This document shows, one piece after another, positions 18,482 through 28,347 of a stretch of DNA of 64,000 nucleotides. Both the position numbers and the translations under genes were made by a program. The stretch lies in sequence record NC_017972.1; one strand, written 5' to 3'. Numbering within the stretch: position 1 is the stretch's first letter; each line of letters opens with the position of its first letter. The notes under the pieces were generated by a model. That model was not told the origin of the DNA, did not search any database, and saw only the letters and a program-made list of their open reading frames with translations.

Positions 18482-19683
18482 TTCAACACAAGGCTGTAGG
18501 AGTGCATGTTGCCGTCGATAGAACGCAGCGAACGTGCATAACCAGATTTAACCAGCTTGGCGATATTCGGGAATCGATCAAACGCACGCAGAATCTGCGC
18601 CTGAATTTCGCGATCACCTTCGGGGAATTCCAGCAGCACTTCGTTATTTTCAACGGTAATGCCGGTAATGCCTTCGATAGCACCGACGCGGGCCTGCACT
18701 TCGGTAGCGTCAAGATTCAAATCAGCTTTAACGCTAAACGTTACGACTTCGTGCAGCGCCACTTCGCGCTCTACGCGGTTGATCAGTTTGTTTGCGATAT
18801 CGGCGGTATCTTTACCAGCAACTGGGCGGCCAATTTCGTATTTGTTCGGCAGCACAATACGGTCGTGAACATTCACGAAAGTAGTGAGGTTGAATTTGTC
18901 ATCAGCCGGAGCCAGACGCGCAGTAACCACAACTACCAACGCTTTGTGGAAGCCGTTGGTCATGTCGCGCCAGTGAGTGATATCGATGTTGAAAACGAAA
19001 TCAGTAACGCCGTCTTTGGTGCCGATGTTGACGAAATAGCCAACGGTGTCGGCATCGTCCAGCTCTTGCTGCGCGTCGGTTACGTCTTCACCTGCTTCTT
19101 TGCGGGCATCGATTTCTTTTTGCGCAGCTTCGATACGGGCACTTTCGATTTCTTCAAAATGCTTTTGCACACGGAAGAAAAGGTCATTAACTGCTGGCGG
19201 GGTATTACCCTTCGACAGTTCGGTCATGCCGTTAATGGCTTCCATGTACAGATCAACCATTGCGCTATGACGTTCGGTCATTGGTACAATTTCAGCGCGC
19301 ATACGTTCGTTCTCGGTTTTCGAGCACGCTTCGATAATCGCTTCAATCTGATCAATTGCATCGCGCATTTCCAGCGCGTCGAGGTTTTTCTGTAGCTGGC
19401 GTGGACCGGGCAAATCCAGTTTATCGACAACCAGCGAATGACCAGAACGACCACCAATTTTCTTTGGTCTGCCGCCTACGTCATCGCTGCCGCCACGAAC
19501 TTCGATAACGCTTACGCCCGAGGCAGTAGCGAGGTGACGGCCACGGAATACTTTACCGAACAAAGTACGCAGCAGACTGGTAAACTTGGAAATCAGTTTG
19601 CTGTAGCGGCCTTCGTTCTTTTTGTAGTATTTCAGCGCCTGCTCTGGCGTCATCCGTCGGATATAGCTGTAGTCTTTTTTCAT
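18478..19683 (-). CDS. hypothetical protein, probable paralogue of 19687..20685
   Basis: 401 aa; shares D..NGF...VV.LT..L and an upstream helical segment with the adjacent gene. Confidence 0.7.
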   Translation of the reverse strand: MKKDYSYIRRMTPEQALKYYKKNEGRYSKLISKFTSLLRTLFGKVFRGRHLATASGVSVIEVRGGSDDVGGRPKKIGGRSGHSLVVDKLDLPGPRQLQKNLDALEMRDAIDQIEAIIEACSKTENERMRAEIVPMTERHSAMVDLYMEAINGMTELSKGNTPPAVNDLFFRVQKHFEEIESARIEAAQKEIDARKEAGEDVTDAQQELDDADTVGYFVNIGTKDGVTDFVFNIDITHWRDMTNGFHKALVVVVTARLAPADDKFNLTTFVNVHDRIVLPNKYEIGRPVAGKDTADIANKLINRVEREVALHEVVTFSVKADLNLDATEVQARVGAIEGITGITVENNEVLLEFPEGDREIQAQILRAFDRFPNIAKLVKSGYARSLRSIDGNMHSYSLVLK

Positions 19684-19686
19684 TCT

Positions 19687-20685
19687 TTAAGAATCCATGA
19701 TTGTGTTGAGTTTATCTTTCTCAGTCTTGCCGACGTTGAGCAGTTTTGTCAGCTTGTTAAGAGAGCGTGCATCATAGATTTTTCGTTTACCTACGATGAA
19801 CGAAATCATCTTGTTGTTACCGTACTGGGATACGCGGTGGATGATATCCGTGTTCGGCAGATTCACGGCCCGGCGCAGGTACGGCAAAACCCGCTGCAAA
19901 AACTTGTTGATATCGTCCGGTTGAACAAACGATTTCAGCACAACGTTTAAGCGGTCTTCGGTGACTTCGATGTTCTTAACCAGCTTAGACGCCAACAGCT
20001 TATCGTCTTTCGGTTCGGGCGTGCCGATATACTCGAAATCCGACAGGTTATTGGTTAGATACAGTTGAACATCCTTCGCAGTATCCACGCGTGATTCGTC
20101 GCTGGAAACATACGGAGAATCTGGAACGGAAATGCGATATTCCCCACCGAGCAAAGTGAGTTTAACGGTAATGGGACCACTAACGAATCCGTTAGCGTCG
20201 GCAATACCGCCGTCCGTGCGGAAACAAATCATTTGATAGTCAGGCAAACGGACGTGCAATTGCGTGGTGTGGCTAATCTTCGATAGCAGCTTGTAAACAG
20301 GCTCTGCCAGATAGCTCAAGTGCTTGTCCATTCGAGTGGAACAAACACCATCAATCAGATTCAAAAGGCTCTTTTGGAAATCGTGAATGTTGGACTGCAT
20401 AACGCCAATCATTTGGAAACAGCGGTCGCGTTTGGAATCGCTGAATTCCTGCACAATGGATCGAGCACAACGCAGTTCAAGCAAAGAATCAACGCAAAAC
20501 GTAAGCGCTTCAACACCATCCGACACTTTCAGCTGGGATAGTTTCTTTTGGTTGAATTTGGAAACCAAAACGCTAGTGGTCATGTTAATGCGGTTTAATA
20601 CAGCGACAACCTCATTGGCGTTTCGGGCGTTTTTTAGATCAATGACGTTCTTTGAGTCATCAATATACTTTGATTGTATTTGCAA
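19687..20685 (-). CDS. hypothetical protein, probable paralogue of 18478..19683
   Basis: 332 aa; DANGFVSGPITVKLTLL. Confidence 0.7.
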   Translation of the reverse strand: MQIQSKYIDDSKNVIDLKNARNANEVVAVLNRINMTTSVLVSKFNQKKLSQLKVSDGVEALTFCVDSLLELRCARSIVQEFSDSKRDRCFQMIGVMQSNIHDFQKSLLNLIDGVCSTRMDKHLSYLAEPVYKLLSKISHTTQLHVRLPDYQMICFRTDGGIADANGFVSGPITVKLTLLGGEYRISVPDSPYVSSDESRVDTAKDVQLYLTNNLSDFEYIGTPEPKDDKLLASKLVKNIEVTEDRLNVVLKSFVQPDDINKFLQRVLPYLRRAVNLPNTDIIHRVSQYGNNKMISFIVGKRKIYDARSLNKLTKLLNVGKTEKDKLNTIMDS

Positions 20686-20740
20686 TGCTCGAACACCTAA
20701 GAATATGGTGGGTATATCGTAAAATTACCGTCCAGATAGC

Positions 20741-20776
20741 AAAAAACCCGCCTTTCCTAATGGATTGGCGGGTTTT
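20741..20776 (-). terminator. intrinsic terminator
   Basis: AAAACCCGCC/GGCGGGTTTT stem with a U tract. Confidence 0.8.
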
Positions 20777-20803
20777 CTGTATTACCTTAACTCAACCTAG
20801 AAA

Positions 20804-22093
20804 TCAGGAGAAGCTAAGTTTCTTCGGCATAGCGCCGCTTTGTTTCTTCACTGCGCCACCGCTGGCCTTGGCAGCTGGTTTAGCAGCGGCGGCTGGTTTA
20901 GCGGCAGGAGTTTTCTTGCTTGGGGTTTTCTTGTCAGCTTTAGCTGGTTTTGCGGCGGGTTTAGCTGCCGGGGTTTTCTTCGGACGACCCGGAGATTTTT
21001 TAGCTGGCTTTTCAGCTGCGGCTGGAGCGGCTGCGGCTGGGGTTTTCTTTGGACGACCCGGAGCCTTCTTCGGGGTGCCGTCTTTTTTCACGCCATGCGG
21101 AGCTGCCGGAGCGGCTGCGGCTGGGGTTTTCTTTGGACGACCCGGCTTTTTCTTTTCAGGCGCTGGAGCTGCTGGAGCTGCGGCGGCTGGAGTCTTTTTC
21201 GGACGGCCCGGTTTTTTCTTTTCTGGAGCGGCGGCTACTGGAGCGGCAGCGGGAGTCTTTTTCGGACGACCCGGTTTGCGTTTTTCAGGAGCGGCTGCGG
21301 CTGGGGTTTCAGCCGGTTTTACTTTTGGCTTACGGCCCGGAGTTTTAGCCGGGGTGCCGTCTTTTTTCAGCTTTAGACCCGAGGTTGCTGGGGCTGCGGC
21401 TGGAGCAGCGGCTGGAGTCTTTTTAGGACGACCCGGAGATTTCTTCTGAGCACCACCAGCGGCTGGCTTCGGATCAGTATTTACCAGACGTTTGCCTTTC
21501 GAGCTGATTGGCTGCTTCTGGAAGTTGCTGATGAAATCTTTCAGGCGGAACGCACCTTTCTTCTTGCTCGCCTTTTTGATTTTATCAACCACTTTCGAGT
21601 GGGCCTTGGTGGACTTCATACGCTCGGCTGCCAGAGCAGAACGCTCTTGTGCGTAACGCTGCTTTTCAGCAGTGCGCAGTTGAGCACGCTTGGCCGGGGT
21701 GACTTTGAGGTCACGGATTTTTTGCAGAGCTTTTTTGTGCTTGCTTTGTACCTGACCGCTCTTTTTACGCAGCGCTTCACGCACTTGACGCTGAGCATCA
21801 CGGGCGGATTTCAGCTGGCCGGCAGCGTGAGTACCGGCGTGGCGGTGCTTACGGCGACGAACATAGGCAGCTTTAGCTTTTTTGGCTTCGGCTTCGGTCG
21901 CACCGTGGCGCATGGCACGCAGGAAAACTTGGTGGGCCAAGTGAGCCAGTTTGTCCTCATGGGACATTTTCTGGTATTTCTCTTTGGCCTTTTTGTTGAT
22001 TTTGTGCTTATTCTTTTTGTAATAAGCTTTGTGTTTCTTGGCGTCCTTGACGACCTCGGCGCCCTTTTGCTTCTGTACAGCTTTAGTAGCCAT
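20804..22093 (-). CDS. histone H1/HMGA-like basic protein with AT-hook-like repeats
   Basis: 429 aa rich in Lys, Ala and Pro; six PGRPKKTPAA units plus KPAA repeats. Confidence 0.75.
   Translation of the reverse strand: MATKAVQKQKGAEVVKDAKKHKAYYKKNKHKINKKAKEKYQKMSHEDKLAHLAHQVFLRAMRHGATEAEAKKAKAAYVRRRKHRHAGTHAAGQLKSARDAQRQVREALRKKSGQVQSKHKKALQKIRDLKVTPAKRAQLRTAEKQRYAQERSALAAERMKSTKAHSKVVDKIKKASKKKGAFRLKDFISNFQKQPISSKGKRLVNTDPKPAAGGAQKKSPGRPKKTPAAAPAAAPATSGLKLKKDGTPAKTPGRKPKVKPAETPAAAAPEKRKPGRPKKTPAAAPVAAAPEKKKPGRPKKTPAAAAPAAPAPEKKKPGRPKKTPAAAAPAAPHGVKKDGTPKKAPGRPKKTPAAAAPAAAEKPAKKSPGRPKKTPAAKPAAKPAKADKKTPSKKTPAAKPAAAAKPAAKASGGAVKKQSGAMPKKLSFS
20970..21440 (-). repeat. coding repeats of PGRPKKTPAA
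   Basis: six imperfect copies visible in DNA and protein. Confidence 0.9.
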
Positions 22094-22239
22094 CGGGATG
22101 TTCCTCGATTAAAGGTTTGTTTAGGTTGGCTTTAATCGTAGCGCCACGATGCTAACCAACTTAATCCTAAATTAGTATGTAAAAACAAATACGCTTTTGC
22201 GACCTAACCCGAGGAACCGCCCCAATAACTACCGTTTTA

Positions 22240-23295
22240 TTACACGCTAAAACCGAGCTGATTACAGGTGGCTTTTGCTTCTTTTAATGCGCGTTTGATT
22301 TCTTTTTTATCGAAACCTTCGGATACGAGGAAATCCGCTAATCCTGAAAGGGGATCAATATCCGACCGATCAATCGTAAATACTTCCTCAGTATCTACGC
22401 CCTTTTTATCACCTTCGCCAACCCAAACAATGCCACCAGTGATATTCGGATATTGCAGCATTAAATCAGGAGGCAAAGGAACCTCACGATCAATATGCAG
22501 CTTATAGCGAATATTCTGGTCGTTTTTAAGCTTTTTGTAATCGTTCAAATCGTTGATGAAAACGTTTTCCAGCGTGAAGCCCGGTTTATTCTCAACGAAC
22601 TTGTGTTTAACGTCTACAACGTCACCGTCCAGCGTGGCCTTGAAATGCACAAAACCTTTCGGTAATGCCTCGCCGAAATTCTTCTGGAACGGATTACCGC
22701 AATACACAGCACGTTTCGCTTTCATGTACTGGTATTGGTGGATGTGTCCGCTAATGGTGAAATCGTTTTTATGCGTGACCAATTCCTGCTTGGTTTTGAG
22801 GGCACGCCCATTATCACCAATTGCGCCGCTGTATTCAACGTGCGCGAAATTCAATGCACCCTGCTTTTTGCTCAGGGTTTTCAAACACGGATAAGGCAGC
22901 AGGTTTACCGGCACGCCTTCTATTTCGATACGCTCCGGTTTCAAGATAATGCGCAGGTTTTTGAAGGCGCGAGTCTTGGTCAGACGCTGCATGAAATTCA
23001 TCGCCATCTTTTCGATGTTTTCAAAGTCGTGATTGCCCGCGATGTAGATGATGGTTAGCAGCTTGTCGTATTTGTAGAACAGATTAAACAGCGCGGTGTA
23101 GGTGTCAAACGGCAGGTTCGGATGATCGGAAATATCACCGGGAATCATCACGTATTTAATGCCGTTATTCAGCGCGTATTGGAACATCTTTTCTGCTTCT
23201 GCGAGGATACGTGCATCGCCATCCTCGAAATGCTTATTCAGCCCGGTCAGGTGCCAGTCGCTGGTCGCAATACCTTCAAACGATTTGATAGCCAT
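22240..23295 (-). CDS. sbcD: SbcD/Mre11-like metallophosphoesterase nuclease
   Basis: SDWHL, GDISD, GNHD, SGHIH motifs. Confidence 0.9.
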   Translation of the reverse strand: MAIKSFEGIATSDWHLTGLNKHFEDGDARILAEAEKMFQYALNNGIKYVMIPGDISDHPNLPFDTYTALFNLFYKYDKLLTIIYIAGNHDFENIEKMAMNFMQRLTKTRAFKNLRIILKPERIEIEGVPVNLLPYPCLKTLSKKQGALNFAHVEYSGAIGDNGRALKTKQELVTHKNDFTISGHIHQYQYMKAKRAVYCGNPFQKNFGEALPKGFVHFKATLDGDVVDVKHKFVENKPGFTLENVFINDLNDYKKLKNDQNIRYKLHIDREVPLPPDLMLQYPNITGGIVWVGEGDKKGVDTEEVFTIDRSDIDPLSGLADFLVSEGFDKKEIKRALKEAKATCNQLGFSV

Positions 23296-23326
23296 AAATC
23301 CTGCTCTAATTGTGCCGTCTTCTATC

Positions 23327-23336
23327 TATTTACAGT
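23327..23336 (-). promoter_or_regulatory. ACTGTAAATA motif upstream of sbcD
   Basis: 31 nt before the start codon. Confidence 0.7.
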
Positions 23337-23767
23337 TAGCCCGTACCGGCTATACCACGCTCTAGTTCGCGTGTGATCGTGGTCTTAAATACGATCTTTT
23401 CTAGAGGACGATCAGGCCTCCAGTCATACGAAACAATAACGCTGTGTTTTCTACCACGGCCAACCTTATTTGCTTTGCGGCGACCCCGCAGGATTACACG
23501 ATCAACCTGCTTACCGTCTTCGTCTAGCAATGCGACTTCGCAGCGGTTTTTTCTATCGCGAATTGTGTAGGATTCGACAAGGTGAGATTTGACGTTGAAA
23601 AAGTCTGGCGTTTTGTGGCGAGCCAATGCGCGCTCAAGTACCGCTTGGCACTCGTTCATCATTTGGGCGCGCTGCTGTTCGGGCGTTTGCTCTACATGCA
23701 GGGCCTCGTAAATACGGCGCTGGATTTCTTTGAGCAAACGCATTTGGTTTATTTCTTCGAGGCCCAT
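23336..23767 (-). CDS. hypothetical basic protein
   Basis: 143 aa ORF within the operon. Confidence 0.65.
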   Translation of the reverse strand: MGLEEINQMRLLKEIQRRIYEALHVEQTPEQQRAQMMNECQAVLERALARHKTPDFFNVKSHLVESYTIRDRKNRCEVALLDEDGKQVDRVILRGRRKANKVGRGRKHSVIVSYDWRPDRPLEKIVFKTTITRELERGIAGTG

Positions 23768-23776
23768 TGTTGTTCC

Positions 23777-24403
23777 TTAGCGGAGTTTGATCAGCTGGCC
23801 GGGGAAAATCAGGTCAGGATTTTTCAGATTGTTAATGCGCGCCAGTTCGCGCCAATCGGTGCCGGTGTACATGCCGATTTCGGACAACGTATCGCCCGCA
23901 CGGACGCGGAAATACCCAACGCGAATAGCAGCGATAAATTCCGAATAATTGTGAACGATGCTAAGGGCACTGCGATCCACACTATCCGGTACGTTGTCAA
24001 TCATGGCCTGTACAGCTAAAGGCAGGTTATCTGCAATTGCGTTGTCGCACAGGAATTCCGGCTCAGCGGGCTTCCACATTTTTGCGAACTTCAAAACGTT
24101 TGGCACGTTGTCCGATTCGACTGGCTCAACCACAAGGCAGGTGGCCGCGCCGTTGCAGATGGTATTTTCGTGGCCCGCCCAGCAAGTGAGCGTGTTACGA
24201 ATCTTTTCAAATTCGCGGTGATTCACTTTCAGTACGACTTTGCGGAACGAGCGGCGGTGCCAATCGTTGTACCACTCAAGCTGCTCATGAGAACGACCGG
24301 GCGAAGTGAAAAATTCGTGTGCATTCAGCATCGAATGGGCGACCAGCGTAGGCACCATGTAATCCGGCGCTTCGTCAATTACCGCAATGTACATTTTCTT
24401 CAT
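23777..24403 (-). CDS. PTH2-like domain fused to a C-terminal LysM domain
   Basis: LysM: YFRVRAGDTLSEIGMYTGTDWRELARINNLKNPDLIFPGQLIKL; the N-terminus MYIAV..VAH..W..FRKVVLKV..TCLVVEP follows the PTH2 pattern. Confidence 0.7.
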   Translation of the reverse strand: MKKMYIAVIDEAPDYMVPTLVAHSMLNAHEFFTSPGRSHEQLEWYNDWHRRSFRKVVLKVNHREFEKIRNTLTCWAGHENTICNGAATCLVVEPVESDNVPNVLKFAKMWKPAEPEFLCDNAIADNLPLAVQAMIDNVPDSVDRSALSIVHNYSEFIAAIRVGYFRVRAGDTLSEIGMYTGTDWRELARINNLKNPDLIFPGQLIKLR

Positions 24404-24410
24404 CGGAATC

Positions 24411-24911
24411 TCACAGATATTCGTCGAGTTTGGTAATGCCTGCGCGAGTGCAATATTCCATCAGCGTGCCAATGCAATATTCGTCAATGTGCCCGGCGCG
24501 AAGGTCGGCTAAATCTTCGTGCGTGATCATCAATTGCGTGCAGAGTGCTACGTCGTCTTTGCGCGATGCTTTGATCCAGCGGTTCAATGTACGCAGGATA
24601 CGGGCTTTAATGCGTAGCTCGTCACGCATACAGTCTTCGTCAATCAGCGAATCCCACACATCAGGAACTGGTTTTTGCGGTTCGCGGTAGGAATCGGTAA
24701 TCAGCGTCACGTCTTCGCTAAGCTGGGTGATTTTGCGCTCAGGCGTGTCCTCGACCACACGCGGATAGGTAACGGTATTTTTCGGACCTGTTTCAGACGG
24801 CACCACAATCGCGCCCATTCCGTGCAGTGTGATATCCACATTGAGATTATTATTCTCCACGTCTTCCGGCGTATTGTTGGTTTCGTCGCAAATGACTTCG
24901 TAGTTACTCAT
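24411..24911 (-). CDS. protein with a tail-sheath-like N-terminal peptide and a C-terminal XRE/HigA-like HTH
   Basis: N-terminal YEVICDETNNTPEDVENN; C-terminal LRIKARILRTL..ITHEDLADLRAGHIDEYCIGTLMEYC. Confidence 0.6.
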   Translation of the reverse strand: MSNYEVICDETNNTPEDVENNNLNVDITLHGMGAIVVPSETGPKNTVTYPRVVEDTPERKITQLSEDVTLITDSYREPQKPVPDVWDSLIDEDCMRDELRIKARILRTLNRWIKASRKDDVALCTQLMITHEDLADLRAGHIDEYCIGTLMEYCTRAGITKLDEYL

Positions 24912-25729
24912 TCCATACCTTCCTTTTTCTCGACGCCAGAATTAATGGCTCGGATATAACGCATTTCGTAGGCACTGATTTTTAACTTCATCGCTACGTC
25001 GTCTTCATCGCCTTCCATCTGCAACGCTTTGCGGTACAGATCGACCACTTCGCCGCTCAGCAAATCCATCAATTTGGCGACTTGTTTGTCAGTCAATTTG
25101 ATTTTCTTGCTAAGCGAGGCAACCCGCGATTGCAGTTGCTTTTCGGTTTCCGTCGAGGCCAACCATTTGCACACAAGCTGGCGCACCGGGGTTTGGTGGG
25201 TAGCAGACGGCATGGTATAAACGAACGACATGAAATTCATCAGGAAAGTATGCTGTTCGCGAGCGACTTTCTTGGCCGCTTCCACCACGTCGAATTTGGT
25301 ACGCGTGATATGCTGCTGCTTTGACGCAGGAATGCTTTTGAAATCGACAAGATTAAACCCGTCAACGTGGAACGCTTCCGCTGCTTTGTAGTCTACCGGA
25401 ATCACGTTGTACATCGACAGGGAAATAGGATCGTCACAGACGTAGCAAATGGTTTTATCAGTGATGCTTTTGCGGTGCGCCTCAAACGTAAACACGTCAG
25501 AGAAAATCACATGCTTGCGCTGCTCAAACTTGGCAGGGCTAGCCACAAGCGCAATGGCGGATCGTGGCGTACCGAGTTTGCGCAGGTGAACCAAAACTTT
25601 GTCAGGCGCAGTGTGCGCAAACCCGTATGCGATCATTTCTTTTTGCTCTTTCTGACTTGTTTCAACAGGCTGGCGGTCATCGCTTTCGCGCTCACGTCGA
25701 ACCGATAGGAGGCCATGAAATACGTACAC
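24908..25729 (-). CDS. hypothetical protein
   Basis: 273 aa ORF; alternative start at 25636. Confidence 0.7.
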   Translation of the reverse strand: MYVFHGLLSVRRERESDDRQPVETSQKEQKEMIAYGFAHTAPDKVLVHLRKLGTPRSAIALVASPAKFEQRKHVIFSDVFTFEAHRKSITDKTICYVCDDPISLSMYNVIPVDYKAAEAFHVDGFNLVDFKSIPASKQQHITRTKFDVVEAAKKVAREQHTFLMNFMSFVYTMPSATHQTPVRQLVCKWLASTETEKQLQSRVASLSKKIKLTDKQVAKLMDLLSGEVVDLYRKALQMEGDEDDVAMKLKISAYEMRYIRAINSGVEKKEGME

Positions 25730-25766
25730 ATGTTCGCGTATTTCAGGTTACGCATTTCAACCGTTT

Positions 25767-26048
25767 TCATCGAACGTCACTCAGTTTGGCGCCCGCTTTG
25801 CATAACTCGTAAGTCATGCGCGACAGGCTGGTAAGATCGAGCACAAAAGAAACGGCAACATCGAAGCTTTCTTCGCGCCACTGTACACCGAGAATGCACG
25901 GATAAAACGTTGGCAATTCGTCCTCGTTACGAACGTAGGGCAAATCACCATTTCGTTCGTCGTCATTGTCGGCGTACACGGCACGCAGGAAATCGTCTAC
26001 TTCGCGTTTGTCTTTTACGACTTTTGCGTAGACGCTAGCTGGCAGCAT
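25767..26048 (-). CDS. small hypothetical protein
   Basis: probable start MLPASVY at 26048, overlapping the sbcC stop. Confidence 0.55.
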   Translation of the reverse strand: MLPASVYAKVVKDKREVDDFLRAVYADNDDERNGDLPYVRNEDELPTFYPCILGVQWREESFDVAVSFVLDLTSLSRMTYELCKAGAKLSDVR

Positions 26049-28347
26049 CGTATCGAACACTGGAAACCCCTTTATGTTTCGTGACTGTAACGTAAGAGCA
26101 CTTCGGATGGGAGTGCTTGCCCTTTTGCGTGATGATGAAAACTTGTGGAACAATTCGGCGCAGGAACGGCACGTAACGCTCGACAAAAAGATTCGTCGTG
26201 GCTGCGTCCATGTGCGCGTCGGGTTCGTCAAGAATAGCCAAGTTAACCCGGCGATCATCCTTCGCCATAATCACACAGGCAAGGAAGTGTAGCAGACGGA
26301 AACTATCCGATTCAGCGCCGGACAATTCGCGCACGTCGGAAACGTTACCTTGGCCCCGGTCTACCGTAATATGCACGCCGTCTTCTTTCGCCACTACTTC
26401 AAACTTGAACGGCTCAGCGAAAATCAGCTGTGCATGTTTGTTGTAGTTTTGCTGGAGGCCGTAAACGATTTCGTGCATCGCATTTCGTTTCAAGCCCTTG
26501 CTGGAGTAGGCTTTCGCCATAGCACGGTACAGCTTGAGCTTGGCAATTAGCGGGTTGATTTCTTCAAGCTTTGTGCTCACTTCATCGCGCTGTTTGGTCA
26601 GCAGTTTATGCTCAGCGCGATAGGCGTTGTATTTCACCGTAACCTTGTGGGCTTTGGTGTATTTCTTCTCAACCTTTTTCAGTTGCTTTTCGACTTCCTT
26701 GAGCTGGGCTGCAAGATTGTCGTTTTCCGGCACTTCATCGAATTCAGCGAGGCGCGCTTCCAGACGTTTGATATCGTCCAGCATTTCCGCGTGCGCTTCC
26801 AGTTCTTCGACCGTCATGGAGGCCGAACCTTTCGGCTTCTTCGGCTTTTCCAGTTCGGAAAGCTGTTCGTTGATTTCGTCAATCCGCACAGAGTTTTCCA
26901 GCTTCTCTTGTGCGTCGTCTATTGCAGCGCGCAGCTTTTTGATTTGCTTGCGTGCCCTGTAGAAACCTTCCTCGTCGAAGCCCAGCTTTTCGATGATTTC
27001 GGTATTCTTGGCTTTGGTCATCCGAATGTCCAGCGCATGGATCATCGAATGCAAAATGCCTTTGCGTTTCTTCGCCGCTTTGACAGTGGCTTCAATGTCT
27101 TTGAGGTTTACTTTCTGGTGACAGGTCGGGCACTGGTCGCCGCCTTCGTGGTTGTGCAGCAGGTCAGCAAGTTTAAGCGTGGTTTTAACAACGCTCATTT
27201 CTTCCTGCAAAGTATCCATCGGATTGAGCTTTGCTTTGTTGCAGCGCGACAGGAACGCCCGCAGCTCCGGCTCGGTGTGATCGTCAAGGTTTTCCAATTC
27301 GCGCACGGCTGCGTCGTGTTTGTCGCGAATTTTTACCAGACGTGCATCGTCCGCTTCCAGCTTGTCGAGTTCTTGGCGCATGGCTTTTACAGAGCCGCGC
27401 AACTCTTTGCCACCAACCGCACCGCCCAGCTCTTCCAGCTTAGCCTTGAGCTTTTTGGAGCGGCGATTGTAATCCTGCAAAGCGTCTTCGTATTTCTCCA
27501 ACGCTTGCAAGTATTTGTACTGCTCTTTCAACTCGGCTTTGGTGAACTTTACTTTGCCCTTGAGTTTCTTGAGCTGCTTTGTCGTCTCCGCGTAAAACTC
27601 TACCTGCTTCAACAGGCTTTTGAGTTCCTGTCGCTTGGACTGCAATTTGGTAACTTTTTTCGACGTGGCCTTAACCGTTTCGGTAGCTTCGTCCAGTTCC
27701 TTTTGCTTGTCGCGGTTCCACCCGTTTTTATTCAGGGCGTCATTGATATTCAGCAGGTTGTGTGAGTGAACGTCGGCCTTGTTTTGCGCGATTTTTACTT
27801 CGTCTACTTTCTTTTCGTAGAACCGACGCAGCACGTCGAACTGATCTAGGCGCCACACATCGGTAATATACGACATTCGCGCACGCGGCGTACCGTACAG
27901 GAATTCCAGTTTCTTCTGCGATTGCAGATGCACGTAGGAATACCATTCCTCGGTTGTCAGCGGAATGATTTTCTCAATCTGCTCCCGCTGCGCGGCCTGT
28001 CCGCGTACCTGCAAATCAACGCCGTCGCGGAAGATTTTGTAACCAGAACCTTCCTGCCGAATTGTCCACTTGTGCCCAAGGTTGTTCACGTCAAATTCAA
28101 TGAACGAACCTTTGGAGTGAATGCGGTTTTTCTTGCGGGTATCTGCCAACGGCGTCTGCTCGAAACGCACGTTGGGCAGCATGGAGAACAGCAAGGATTT
28201 ACCAGCGCCGTTATTCTGATCTTTTGCAATCAGGGAATCGCGGTTGTGACCGCTAACCGTAGTCAGGCCGCAGTTGTTGGTAAAATCAAACTCGCCTTTC
28301 TTGTAGGAAACGATGCCCTCGAAACGGCTGCCGGTAATCTCGATCAT
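26035..28347 (-). CDS. sbcC: SbcC/Rad50-like ATPase
   Basis: Walker A NNGAGKS, Q-loop LQSQ, coiled coils with CPTC zinc hook, signature LSGAE, Walker B ILDEPD. Confidence 0.9.
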   Translation of the reverse strand: MIEITGSRFEGIVSYKKGEFDFTNNCGLTTVSGHNRDSLIAKDQNNGAGKSLLFSMLPNVRFEQTPLADTRKKNRIHSKGSFIEFDVNNLGHKWTIRQEGSGYKIFRDGVDLQVRGQAAQREQIEKIIPLTTEEWYSYVHLQSQKKLEFLYGTPRARMSYITDVWRLDQFDVLRRFYEKKVDEVKIAQNKADVHSHNLLNINDALNKNGWNRDKQKELDEATETVKATSKKVTKLQSKRQELKSLLKQVEFYAETTKQLKKLKGKVKFTKAELKEQYKYLQALEKYEDALQDYNRRSKKLKAKLEELGGAVGGKELRGSVKAMRQELDKLEADDARLVKIRDKHDAAVRELENLDDHTEPELRAFLSRCNKAKLNPMDTLQEEMSVVKTTLKLADLLHNHEGGDQCPTCHQKVNLKDIEATVKAAKKRKGILHSMIHALDIRMTKAKNTEIIEKLGFDEEGFYRARKQIKKLRAAIDDAQEKLENSVRIDEINEQLSELEKPKKPKGSASMTVEELEAHAEMLDDIKRLEARLAEFDEVPENDNLAAQLKEVEKQLKKVEKKYTKAHKVTVKYNAYRAEHKLLTKQRDEVSTKLEEINPLIAKLKLYRAMAKAYSSKGLKRNAMHEIVYGLQQNYNKHAQLIFAEPFKFEVVAKEDGVHITVDRGQGNVSDVRELSGAESDSFRLLHFLACVIMAKDDRRVNLAILDEPDAHMDAATTNLFVERYVPFLRRIVPQVFIITQKGKHSHPKCSYVTVTKHKGVSSVRYDAAS

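Noticed and set aside
24908-25729. Clamp-loader delta (HolA) subunit
   Set aside because: Size and location fit, but no motif supports it
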